64,000 nucleotides of DNA, from assembly GCA_043228905.1 (NCBI GenBank), contig JBHGNT010000007.1:1612001-1676000 (forward strand), written 5' to 3'. Position numbers and translations under genes: made by a program. The notes under the pieces are model-generated. The model searched no databases. It saw only the letters and a list, made by a program, of their open reading frames with translations, and was not told the DNA's origin. This document shows positions 10,744 through 23,102 of this stretch, in pieces (positions within the stretch are counted from its first letter, which is position 1; every line of letters starts with the position of its first letter). This DNA comes from Azolla caroliniana. Its lineage: Eukaryota > Plantae > Polypodiophyta.

Positions 10744-12000
10744 ACGTTTCCCCTTTAGATTTCCCCAAAATTTAGCACATGCATGTGCTTTCTCTTGCGT
10801 TTGGATAAATTGTTGAGTAACTTCCCATATTCTTCTCTTTCTTTGAATAAGCCTTTTATACTCATGCAAATGCTTTTGGTAATTCTCTTTATCCTTAACT
10901 ACATCCAAAATCATAAGGCACTTTCGAGCTTCACGACATTCTTTATCAAACCATTTTTTCCTAAGTTTCTTGGTGCATTTCCAAGATGTGCAGTTGGTCG
11001 AAAAACATTTGTTTGTACAAGAGAGAATGACTTTCTTGAAAGCTTCCCATTTGCGTTCTAGTGTGGCACCATGTTGTATCTTTGTCATTTGTAACATATC
11101 CTCAACCATCTTGGAATACATGGGTGCTCGCTTAAGGTTCATGCTCAAGTGCGGTTGTTTATTTTCTTCAATAGCCTTCTCAAAATCAAACCTATGCATA
11201 CATTTGAGATCAATACATAAAGGCCTATGATCGGATTCCAGTGTCCATTCACCAAGTGAGAATTTATGTATACGATCCAAAATACCTTCGGAAAGTAGCA
11301 CATAGTCAATCACACTATTTCCATTGTGTTTTCTACATGTAAAACCATTAGTGTTGGGCCATAAGGAAATACCATTTGCAATAAGCAATCCGGTACTATT
11401 GCACATTTGTAGGAGTAACTTCCCAAATTGGTCCGGATCTTTTTCATCGCTAGAAGAGCGGTTATACATTTGCATATATCCTCTTGCATCCTTGAGATAT
11501 GTGGCATGAAAGATTCTTGTGAATCAAGTTGGAAACTTCTTGTACGAGCATTCATGTCACCAAAGACAATAACTTCCCCTTTGGATTTGAAATAAGAAAT
11601 ATCATCTTCTAGATTGGCAAACGGTTTATCTTTATCCAAACAAGCATAAAAGTTAGAATCTTGATGAGGAATGTAACATCCAACTACAAAAGTGGGCAAA
11701 TCATTAGGTATTTCTATTTTGAGCCATATGTAGCATTTATGTTCATCATTTTTTATGATTAACACATATTTCTCTATTTCCTTCTTAATCAAACATGCCA
11801 CCCCTCCTTGTCCTCTTCTTTGTCTTGGTTTTTTCTTCCATATCAAAGAGTGTACATTATAGTTTCCTAAACCTTGAATCCTTTGAGTATCATGCTCCCA
11901 TGTTTCAACAAGAAGTGTGATATCCGAATCATCGGTGAACTCCTCTATGCCAAATCCCGCATTCCATGGGTATCCATTGCAATTCCAAAAGCATAGTCAT
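10744..12000 (-). pseudogene. LINE ORF2 apurinic endonuclease domain, frameshifted
   Basis: ORFs 11310-11846 and 10651-11475 carry EEP motifs. Confidence 0.85.
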
Positions 12001-12035
12001 AAAAGGCATGGGTTAGTCTCATAGATCATGTGTCC

Positions 12036-12905
12036 CTATTTGCCTACATTTCCATCTTTAGGCACATCCTTAACCTTATTTTTCAATCTTTCTTCATATG
12101 CTTTATGGCGAGCATTTTGTTGTGAGATAGTACGATCTTCACTCACAAAGAATTGCGTACCTTTGAGGTATACCCAACTATTTTCGAGTATGATCCGCCG
12201 CTTTGTATCATCTATCATTGTGCATACAATAGGCCTTTCTCTAGAGCGAGTAACACCATGTTTCCCAACTCGGTGTGCCCCATATACATTCACATCTGAC
12301 ATCCCATAATGCATGCTAAAAAATTCACCAATGGCCTTTCCAAGGGATGCGGGTGTTTCCATACTCTCTTCTTTAATCCCACAAACGACAATGTTCTTTG
12401 ATCGTCGTTCACGTTCTTTCAATTCTCAGACATCTATGTTTTCTATATTCTTCTCTTGATGCATCACATGCATATTAGATGAGTTTGATACCACATCCCC
12501 ACCACATACATCGGCCCATGACTTCGTTGTACATACATTTTTCATCTCACTTACATCCCGCCTCATCATGTCCAATTTCTCTTCTTTTAATGCTTCCTTT
12601 AACTCAATCTTGTTAAGGTGCTCATTTGTTTCGAAAGAAGCTCTTTTACATTCTTGATTCTCTTCTTGAAGTTTTGCAACCACTTGTTTAAGACTTTCAT
12701 TCTCAATGACAACACTTTGGAGCTTAGCATTCTCTTTCATTAGCGTCCTAATCTCTTCACCTTGCTTGTTTATGGTTTCTTGAAGAGAAATCAAGTGACT
12801 CATAAGCATTTTGTCCATTGCATTGGAATCGAGATTTGTTGGTGATCTCGGCTCATTATCAATCATACCCCCGAACTTTGCGGCGGCTTTACGAGTATTT
12901 TCCAT
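12036..12905 (-). pseudogene. LINE ORF1 (coiled coil plus RRM-like), one in-frame stop near 12426
   Basis: ORFs 12426-12905 and 12036-12422 are in the same frame. Confidence 0.75.
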
Positions 12906-13201
12906 TGTAGGGACAAACCCTACAGGAAGAGAGAGACAGAGAGGGAAGGAGAGAGAATGTACCTTTCACTCGATTTAGGGCTTCAAAATCTACCTTGCAT
13001 TTGAGGAACCGTGGGGCAAAGATTGTTGCGGATGAAAATGCTCATAACTTCTCATCACGCTAACGGAATTCAGTAAATGAACATTCTTTAGAAATCTCTC
13101 TAAAAGAGCTTTCCAACAAGCTATAGAACGTAGAAAACAATGGCCGGAGTGAACTTATAGAGAGCTTTGAGAGAGAGAGAGAGAGAGAATTTGAATCAAA
13201 C

Positions 13202-13936
13202 TGTTAGAACCAAGAGAAAAGATAGAGGGGTAGAAGAAAGATGTAAAGAGATCACGAGAAGAGAGGAATGAAGTGATAAGAGAAGAATGAATGTATTAGT
13301 AAGATAGAATGAAGATGGATACAAGAAAGGTGACGAAAGCTTAAGACTGGTGTTGATTTGAATTGGTTTGAGAAGAATTGTATGTCCATATTTATAGGTT
13401 CCTATAGAATAGCCTAGTGATTTATATAATGTTCTAGACCTAGAATATTCTAAGATGTTCTAGGATATTCTAAAATGTTCTAGAATGTTCCAGAACATTT
13501 ACAATAATCAATCTATTACAAGAAGTAGCTTTTATTATTTTATATAATTATATGTTATCCTAATGGTTAGGTTCTTGATTATGTATTACAAGGTCTTGGG
13601 TTCAAGCCCAAGTGAAGCCATGATGCTTATGTATTCATGACAAAGACTGGTTTGAGAGGGGAGGGAGGTTGAGTGGTGGCATTGGCAAAAGGAGGAGGGC
13701 TTTTCTTGAGCCAAAAGTTTTCCTCTGGCTAGGGTTTCTTCGAACGACGATTCCTTGAGGCATGAATTTCTTGAGCCAAAAGTTTTCCTCCACCTAGGGT
13801 TTCTTCGAACGACAATTCCTTGAGGCATGAATTTCCTTGGAAAAGATCATTCTCAAAAAGTGTTATTAGGGTTCCCATTCTTTAAAGCGATAATTTTGTA
13901 GCAAGTGCAACTTAGTCCTTTCATTTCATCGTGACA
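13202..13936 (-). repeat. Probable solo or remnant LTR containing a tRNA-like A/B-box module and a ~64-bp internal duplication
   Basis: TGTTAGAAC...ATCGTGACA. Minus-strand TATA (tatttatagg, 13389). TCTAGAA repeats. A box near 13556 and B box GGTTCAAGCC at 13599. Duplication at about 13703-13835. No TSD found. Confidence 0.55.
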
Positions 13937-15875
13937 TATGGACAATGGTTATATGTTACGATTATATCAAACTAATGAAATTATTGAAAATAAAGAATAA
14001 ATAAGTGAGGGCATTGTTCCTCCTGACCACCCAAAGCAAAGGATATGAGATGATCCCTAAATCATGGTGGTGTCCCTTACCACCGTATAAGGTCTTGAAG
14101 TGTACCTTGGCTTAGATTATATGATAGGCTCCTTGATATAAGAACTTCACCAAACCACCAAAGTCTCATTGAAGTCTCATAAAGGAGATGATAGAGCGAG
14201 GTAGCTAGTTCCATATTTATATCTTAAGCCAAAGGCCCCATTGGCTACCCTAAACCTTATAAAGTTAAGGGAGTCATTTATCATTAATCAAAATATCATA
14301 TTGTGTCTTGTCCATGATTTCAACCAACTAATAAATGAAGAGCTTGAGATCAAAAGTGAGCCTTAGCTTATGGGAGTGTGCTATGATGATATGATGAGAA
14401 TTAGGGAAATACTAGGAAAAGTTGGACGCAATGAATGAATTACATATGCCACTTCGAGATGGTGTGGCAAAAATGACATCGCAACTTATGTGGTACCAAG
14501 GCCTAGTGTTTGCTAGAAGATGGAACTAAAATAAACCCACTGGTATCTTTGCCCGCTTCAAGTTGTTTATTGAAAGCCAATGGCCATCAAAGCTCATGTA
14601 CACATATGAAGAGACCATCGATGTCACCTCTATAATCAAGGCAAAAAAAGCTTTGGCATCCTAATGGCTCTAATCCATGACCCAACTATGTGTCTTATTT
14701 TCATGGTGATTGCATCATAGTTTATGTCCAATAGCTCAAGAGTCACGTGAATGAGTTATTATTCTAGTACAAAAGGGACATGTTTGCTACTTTTGAAGTG
14801 ACGAAGACCAATCTGCAACAATGGTTGTCTAGTCTCCAAGAAAAAATAATGATGCCAATATTTGGTGGACTTTAAGGAAATTCTTCTTGAAGAGAAATCC
14901 CCCTAGTGTGAGATGATTAATCAACTACAATTAGCCAAAATAAATCTAAACAAGAATGGGTAGGGGATACAAAGAAACTTTAGTTATTTCAAGCATATCA
15001 AGAAAGGAGGCCTACTTTCTACATATAGCAGTAATAGTCAATATGAGGGAACGTATTGAACAAGCCTACCATGAGTTGGCGTTGAATATGACCAATGTGG
15101 TTTATACGCTTGTGTACAAATGAAAACAAGAAGTTAGTGGCCACATAGAAGCCCTTCAAAAGATTATTCCCTTTCCTCTCAAAATTGTTAAATCGATCTC
15201 GTTCGGCCCCATTTTTTGACGGTTTACCCCTGCCCATTTTGTTTGACGATTTTGTAGCGGTTGTGCCTACCTTGAGGATGCCAAGCCCACCATCAATTAT
15301 CACCAATATCTACTAAACCATTGTAAAAGAATCTAAGCTTAAGGACAAAAATTTTGAACACATCATTGCACACAATACTATGACTACAAATCTCAGTTAA
15401 CAAGGTACAAATGGAAGTAGAGAATACATTGTAAAATGCATGTTGTTCATTAACATTTTCTCTCTTGGTGTTACAACTTGTGTACATGGTTTTTATGATA
15501 GATCATGTAATTTTACTTCTAAGCTACCCTACTTAATGTTTATAACGTTGGACCTTCCTAAAAAATGTCACATTCCGATTACATGTTCTCTAATTGTAAT
15601 CTAGGTTGATTTCATAACCATGTACATATTACAAAAGTGGTGTTGATTAAAATATTCAAGTTTTTATTGGAGAAACAACAATAACATTTAATAAGATGAT
15701 AAAATTGGAATAATAAGATTGCAATGTTGATCACTTAAGAGTGATAGTTGGGGATTGTGAAGGGCTTGCAATTCAAGCCCAACAAACCTAAGGATTGTCT
15801 AGCACTTAATTGTTTCTACCCCATGTTGTAGGTCTACCTAAACAAACATAAGTCCGTAGAAGGGATCAAGTACCC

Positions 15876-15876
<1 letters not shown>

Positions 15877-15933
<57 letters not shown>

Positions 15934-16030
15934 GTATGTGTGCATGCATGTATGTATGTATGTATGTGTGTATGTATGTATGTATGTATGTATGTATGTA
16001 TGTATGTATGTATGTATGTATGTATGTATG

Positions 16031-16060
<30 letters not shown>
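15877..16060. repeat. Compound microsatellite (TG)n + (TATG)n
   Basis: Seen directly in the sequence. Confidence 0.97.
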
Positions 16061-16061
<1 letters not shown>

Positions 16062-18158
16062 GTGTATAGACCATACTTTGTATGAGAGAGAGAAGAGAGA
16101 TAGCAAGAGAAATACATAGAATTGAGGGTGGGATTGTGCTTGACTTTTAGCCATTTGTAGAATACGATGGTAAACAATGTTGTGCCATGGATTGCGTCAC
16201 CCATTTATGGCAAACTTAAGCATCATAGTTTAGTTAAAGGGACCCGACATTATTGCCCCCTTTATGTTATTGACAACTCTAATGATTTGCTATCACTTTT
16301 TAAGGAAAGACAACCTTGCAAGAATCCCATTCCACGTGACTTGTCATTGACATTAGTTAATTGAGATATACAAGTTAACTCAAGGTCAGAGCACATAAAT
16401 ATTAAGAATTAAGAATCGATCAAATGAACAACATGAAAAAGTTGATGTGAAATATTAAGAATGTTAGAGAATCAACATATAAGACAAGTTTGATTAGTTA
16501 TAGCTTATAGCATTCAACCTAAAAACAAGCATGACCAACATCCATTATTGATGTATATGATAAATGCATACATATCAATGTACTTGCATAAAGAGACCAA
16601 TTTTTTATGAATAAAAACATATACTTGACATCATTATGTACTTTTTTATTTACATTAATGATAACATTATCGTGTGTGTTTTTCTCTTTCTATTTCTTGT
16701 TTTCTAAGAAATAGAAAGCCAATTTCCTGATTCTCAATGTAGGAAAAGAGATTTCACTTGTTCATATTATAAACAAAAAACAACTAAATATCAATTGTTG
16801 CCAAGAAGAAGGGTGAAATGTTGTATCCATATAAACGCATATATACAATGGTGTGTGTATTAATAAACTAACTATGGTTAAGTAATAATTTCATAGCTTA
16901 GGCTTAACTATCAATGGGGGTATTGACCTCATCAATTGTTGTGCTAAGGTTCGGATAGAGTACCACCCTCTAGATGGTGAGTTGAGCAAAAGAGTGTCAA
17001 TCCCTCTTGAGCGCACTAATGAATTAATTAGTTCCCTTAGGCAAAGCCAATTTTTGTGACATTCTAACTCTACAACACGATTAATTCAAGAGAGTTCAAT
17101 TTACTCAACCTACGTAACATGCATTATTAATTACTCAAACGCAAAAGCACATTAACACAATAAATCATGGAAAATAAACCTTGTGTTTACTAATCGATGT
17201 GATTGTGCCAAGTTGAGAGTCTATTACAAATCAATATACCAAATAAAATCAAAAGAAAGGTCAATAGATTTGATAGAAGAACCCAATCCTCCCGACCAAC
17301 CCCAAGCTATGATCAAGGCATAGCCATCCCACCACCCCCGAGCTATAATCAAGCATACCGACAGATGCTTTTGAGAATATCAAGTCTAAGAAGAAGAGAC
17401 TTTATGGAGAGGAAAAGAGGAAAAGTGATTGGACAAATTATGTAGGAAATCAATTTATTTTTTTCCAAAAAAAACAATACCACTTTAGCATTAGAGTAAC
17501 TATGGTATCCTTCATTACACATGCAACCCACATAAGTTAGTTTGGTAATCCATTAATGGAGCAGCCAATTATTCAAAGAGCCATTCTTTCAATCTAGGTG
17601 CTTTTATATTGTCTCAAACAAAAATGGTCCTTTATGAGCACCTAATAGTGAATGCTAACTCCATGAATAATGCATTGAATGTGTCGTGAATTAATAATGT
17701 ATAGGAGCATTCAACTAGCAATTGAATAGAAAATTTGAACGTGTGCTTGTTTAATTACCAATCACTATCACTACATAGAAAGCGAGCAATATTGTTATTG
17801 GTTAATTGGAATCTTAAATTGCTAATTTCATACCCGGCGGTTCCAAAGTGGTTTTGTCTTGATTAAAAATTTAGAAGATTAATGTGCGACTTTCGCTTCC
17901 ACTTAGAACCATAAGCATGCACTTAACCTTAAAATTATGATTATTAAGATGCCCAATCTTGACCAAACATTTATATATACTTTTGAAAATATTTTAGCCA
18001 CTAAATTTTTATTTATAATATATTCAAGCTAATTTTGGTGAATTTTCGTTATACAGATGATAATATTAATGAGAATCGAACAACCTCCCAAGTAAAAAGT
18101 CATGATAATATCATTACATGAATAATGGTGATGAGTAAAGAGAAGGATTTAAAAGGAA

Positions 18159-18650
18159 TCATGGTGAAGAAGCATGATTAAGGAGGATTTGTTCTAAGCT
18201 ATGGATGTAAGTAGTAAAGATGGAAGAAAGGGAGGAAACGAAATCATGTTCTGAGAGAATATGAGGCATAGGGTCTACTTCAAAGGACCAATGGATCCAA
18301 GAAGCATTAGAGGAAGTACTAGAAGTGACATGAAATGTGGCCAAATAGTTATAGAGATGGAGGTGTGGGAATCTTGTGTTTGCACTTTGTTCGATGATCG
18401 AATAAGAATATGAATGGTTTTGGGGATCGATCGAAATTAGCTTCTCTTTTGCCCAGAAAATTGATGTTCCCCTATATGATGTGCATCGACGCACACACCC
18501 TACTTCTTGTGGATTGCCTTCCACCACCTCACATGTCTTGATGTTGCCTCCGGTCCATTTATGCATATTGCAAAAATCACTTGCTACCCTCCATACCTCT
18601 TCTACACTTGACTTCACCTCTATCTTCACTGAACCTACCCACTTCATCAT
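18159..18650 (-). CDS. SRPBCC/START-like polyketide cyclase/dehydrase family protein (lachrymatory-factor-synthase-like), 163 aa, intronless
   Basis: KWVGSVKIEVKSSVEEVWRVASDFCNMHKW...CEVVEG...GCVR...WAKEKLISIDPQNHSYSYSI...IHWSFEVDP is the typical plant Polyketide_cyc2/LFS-like pattern. The ORF is clean. Confidence 0.88.
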   Translation of the reverse strand: MMKWVGSVKIEVKSSVEEVWRVASDFCNMHKWTGGNIKTCEVVEGNPQEVGCVRRCTSYRGTSIFWAKEKLISIDPQNHSYSYSIIEQSANTRFPHLHLYNYLATFHVTSSTSSNASWIHWSFEVDPMPHILSEHDFVSSLSSIFTTYIHSLEQILLNHASSP

Positions 18651-19779
18651 AGTGATTTATTCTCCTTTGCCACTTGATCTTTACTGTATTGTTGCTTTCT
18701 TCTACTTCTCACCCGCATTTATGAGTGGGGTGTGCTCCACAAATGATCAAGATTCAATTGCAGTGATGTTGAAACTTGATAACACAAAGGCGTATCATAC
18801 ATTTCCCACTACACATACTTATAACTCTAGATATGTCCTAGGGAAAATATGGTAAAAAACAATTTGTGGTGGTAACACATTAAAAGTGTATAAACATATA
18901 TTTCGTAAAATTATATATACATTCTTGTTTGAAAAGTAATTCTCAATCCTACGAAAAGAGAATCAATTAAATATCACTTCTCTCCTCTCCTCTCTTTGTT
19001 CGTCTCACATTGAGTGAACTTTAAGGCCAAAATGAACCAAGGATTATGTGTGAAGCAAAGAAACTTAATACATCATCATCTCTCTAAATTAGAGTAAGTA
19101 ATAGATTTCGAAAGGTTATAACTAATAAAAGATTCCAAGTGAAAGTGATGAAAAAATGCCATATCATTATCTCTCAAAGCACACATTTCCTCTTTATTTG
19201 CCTACCACGATATGGTTTCTGGTTTATCGATCAATAGAAAATAATATCGTACAAAGGCATGTCAAACATCTTTTCATTTCCCCCAAATTAGTGAAAACAG
19301 TAATTTCTCACGGCTATTAAGGAAGTTGGATGGCATGGTCTTGTGAAACTCGGATGCACAAACAAGGAACGAAGGCCAACAAAAAAACATTAGGGGCATT
19401 AGGAATTATTAAGGCAATATCCTCATCCCATGTTATCGTGATGCTTTATCACCATTAGTTTGCAACATTTTTTGCATTCTCAATTGGGTAACATTTCATC
19501 TAAAAGGAAGTTTTTGAGATCATACTAAGATTTCTACCTTTACAAACTAGAAAATCTTGCACATTGTGCACTAAGGACTTCTTGAAAATGCTTCAATAGA
19601 ACTTGAATTATTGGCTCGAGATCATTAACCAAAGTAAACAATTGAATCAAAACATTACTACTTCCATAGAAATATCAATGACCTCCAAAATACCAAACAA
19701 ATTTCAAACATAAAATTTTTTCATAGTAGTATTGTCTACATATCTTTAGTTACCTACGTACATAATACAAATAGCATAT

Positions 19780-20323
19780 GGCAACGGTTCAGTTTAGACA
19801 AAATTGAACGTAGAAACCGTGGGTTAATGACTTAATAGTTTAAAGGGTTCGGATTTATTCGGTTTAAGTTCGAGTTTTTCTCAAGAGTTCGGTTTGATTT
19901 GAGCCTTAATTGGCTTAATGATGGTTTAATGCTTTATGGTTGACACTTAGTTATTTCCTTAATATTTTCTTCATTATTTTTTTGAACAACCTATTAATAT
20001 TTAAACTTAATTTTGACATTTTTGGAAAATTCTTTAAAATTTTGAATTTTGGAATATTAAAAAAATTTAATCAAAAAATTGAATTTTGAAGTATTGAAAT
20101 TTTAAAATACTAAAATTTTAAATTTGGCCTAATTTGGAAACCGAAACTGAACTATGAAACCACAGTTTTAACGGTTTGAAAATCTCTAAAATTTTGGTTT
20201 CAGCTTGAATTTTTTGAATAGTTTGGTTTGAATGGTTTCGTGGTTTGATTCGATTCGGTTTAAGTTTTAAAACAGTAGTTTTAAATGATTTGAGTTTGAC
20301 ACTCTCAAACCAAACCATTGTTG
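19780..20323. mobile_element. Degenerate non-autonomous DNA transposon/MITE with GGTTCGGTT/AAACCG subterminal motifs
   Basis: Ends CAACGGTTCAGTTT and AAACCAAACCATTG are imperfect inverted repeats. Repeated aaccg/cggtt motifs flank an AT-rich core. Confidence 0.45.
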
Positions 20324-21304
20324 ATTGTATATACAATATTTCATTGTTGTCATAGTTAATTCTAATATTGAATTTGTCATTGATAAAATATTTGTATCCC
20401 CATCAAGATAAGCATCATAGTTTCCACATTGTGATCATCCCCAAGTTTGAATAGCTTAGTGATAATTGTGATTTTGTAATGGAAATCCCTCTTCTTGCAA
20501 GTCATCCAATGGACTTCTCCTCGTTTTTGCTTGTCATGGAGATAGACTAGAGTGTGTAACAGCGAAACCTGTTCAATCAAACAACCCAAGTATGAATGGA
20601 GGCGAAGTCGCAAAGGATTATAACATAACACTTGAACAATGAACAATTAGGTGTCCACTTTGAATGTATGGCGTCACTGACCTTTTTGCGACTAATCAAT
20701 AACCAATCAATAACCTTTTTTTCGTTTGTCTAAAATTTTGCAACTATTTACTTAAAGGTGGCCCCATGGAAAGGCTTTATGTGTATCAATTTGCAGTGAT
20801 TTGAATATCTTGTTTTGTATTTTGGATACAACATTCCACCACATGTTTTGGCCCATCGCATCTCTAATGTATTTATAAGAGATAAACCGCATTGATTTAT
20901 ATATGTCGCTTCAAGGAAAAAATCTTTAATGTGATAACAATAACACTTGGTCTACTTTGTATATCCTTGACATTACTACAACGTGACCACTATAACTAAG
21001 AGATTCACATAACATTCACTTTTGAAAATTTTCATTAAGCTTGTTTGCAAAGCATGGTAAGTTTCATCCCATCCTATACTTTTTTTTACTATGCACAAAT
21101 CTTACATCGTGTAAGATTATACCAAAATTCTATAAAATCTTTCATTGTTAGATTCACATTTTGGAAACTTCCATTGTTCCCACAAACCTTTTAATGCTTT
21201 GAGCAATTCCAATTTTGTAAATGTTGATTCTATCGTCTTTGTCCACCTAGTTTATTTATGATTCTCAATGCATGTATTAAAACCCTTCATAAAATAAATG
21301 AACA

Positions 21305-21735
21305 TATTTCAGAGATATACAATCAATGCATATGTGTGAAACACAACTTAAAAGATGGATATTGTGAATCCATGTGACATGCAACATGTGTGTACTCCAC
21401 GGATGGGGCGTGGTCTAAGGGCGGCATATATGTGTGCAAAATGCAACCTATTTCAGAGATATACAATCAATGCATATGTGTGAAACACAACTTAAAAGAT
21501 GGATATTGTGAATCCATGTGACATGCAACATGTGTGTACTCCACGGATCGGGCGTGGTCTAAGGGCGGCATATATGTGTGCAAAATGCAACCTATTTCAG
21601 AGATATACAATCAATGCATATGTGTGAAACACAACTTAAAAGATGGATATTGTGAATCCATGTGACATGCAACATGTGTGTACTCCACGAATGGGGCGTG
21701 GTCTAAGGGCGGCATATATGTGTGCAAAATGCAAC
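21305..21735. repeat. Tandem repeat, 3 x 144 bp, near-identical
   Basis: Units start TATTTCAGAGATATAC at 21305, 21449 and 21593. Confidence 0.95.
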
Positions 21736-22523
21736 TAGACCAACACATGGATAGTGTGGATCTATTTGTGAGTCCCATTGATTGGGGTAGGGTTTTACAT
21801 TGACACGGCGGCTTTCTTGTGTTTCGCCTAAGCAATCATAACTTTAAGAAAAAAGTTGAAGATATTATTGTTGAAGTATACAGTTACCCATCATTTTGAA
21901 GGTTATATTTATTACATGTACATCAAAATATGATACCTAAGTTAAGTAGTCATGGCTCTTGACCATCCAAGGGCCAAAGAGAAGGAGAGGCGATGGAGAG
22001 TGTATTTTTGTTTTATTTTATTTTATGTAAATATAATTAAATGTAGAGAGCGAAGACAAAGAAGAAGAAGAAAAGAGAAGGAGAGAGTATTTTCACTTTA
22101 TTTAAATGTACATATCTATGTAGATAAAATATAATTGATAACATATATGAGTGGACATTCTATCTTTTTCTCGGAAGGAAAAAGATAACACCAACAATGA
22201 CACTTACAATGGACTTTGGATCCACACCCCACCGGCCACCAAGACTAACTTACAAAGAAGTTTGGATTTGACCAAAATACTAACAACTCATTTCCAACCT
22301 ATGAACCAATTTAGATGACTAACATGATGACATGTTTGTCACTCTTCATGTGATGCGTATACAATCAAACACGCCCACACACTCTATATTTTCTTACGGT
22401 TGACGAACATGATGATATGTTAATTACATTCCCTCTCTCCAAAGGTCATAGTTCATTTGTATCTCGAAAGATGATGATAAAACCTATCTACCTACCTACC
22501 TACCTCTTCTTAAAAAGTTGTGC

Positions 22524-22567
<44 letters not shown>

Positions 22568-22571
<4 letters not shown>

Positions 22572-22866
22572 ATGAACAAAGGGGAGTACACCTTTATGTG
22601 TTGAGATTGAAAGGGTTCCTTTTATGGCAATTTTCATTGTTGGAGATGTCAAGTATATTCAATCATGAAGAGAGACAAGTATGTAAGTTAGTTGGGCATC
22701 ACTTTCGTCATTTGTTCTGATAAGAAAGGTTATGGGATGTTGAGAGACATATTCATGGTTTGTAATGATATGAATATGTATCTCTCTATGTAGATATATG
22801 TAAAGATGACTTACAAGTTGTAATAGTGGGTTTTTTTACATGCAATTAATATAATTGTGTGATTTT

Positions 22867-22869
<3 letters not shown>
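22568..22869 (+). mobile_element. 5'-truncated L1/Tx1-like LINE 3' end within (GA)n
   Basis: Encodes FDEQRGVHLYVLRLKGFLLWQ...EERQVCK, homologous to the C-terminus of 31700-32320. (GA)n on both sides. Confidence 0.7.
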
Positions 22870-22914
<45 letters not shown>

Positions 22915-22915
<1 letters not shown>

Positions 22916-22977
22916 AGTTAGTAAGGTTGCCCAATGGAGACCAGGTGGTCATGGGTTCAACCCCTACATTCCACAAT

Positions 22978-23019
<42 letters not shown>

Positions 23020-23102
23020 GGCTAGTTGGATGTAGCTCAGTTGGTAAGTTGTCCAATGGAGACCAGTTGGTCATGGCTTCAACCCCTACATTCCACAGTG
23101 GC
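22915..23102 (+). mobile_element. Two tRNA-derived SINE-like units (22915-22980, 23021-23102), separated and flanked by (GA)n
   Basis: A box TAGCTCAGTTGGTAAG, B box GGTTCAACCCC, shared tail CTACATTCCACA(A/G)TGGC. Confidence 0.7.

Larger units (their letters stand above)
10744..13168 (-). mobile_element. APE-type LINE, 5' half (5'UTR, ORF1, endonuclease), cut at 10744 by the gypsy insertion; RTEX/L2/CR1-like
   Basis: ORF1 has a coiled coil plus ERERRSKNIVVCGIKEE...RPI. ORF2 has the APE motifs CFWNCNG, LLVETW, GGVA, GDMNAR, IDYVL, SDHRP and then KWFDKEC. The 5' end abuts (GA)n at 13169-13188. Confidence 0.85.

Noticed and set aside
14000-15500. Coding remnant (DGGLGIL in ORF 15019-15306)
   Set aside because: A single short motif, too degraded to assign.
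15834-16204. HTYI/CVCM repeat ORFs (also at 36145-36822)
   Set aside because: Translations of microsatellites.
21305-21735. CRISPR-like array
   Set aside because: Contiguous 144-bp units with no unique spacers, no cas genes and a eukaryotic context.
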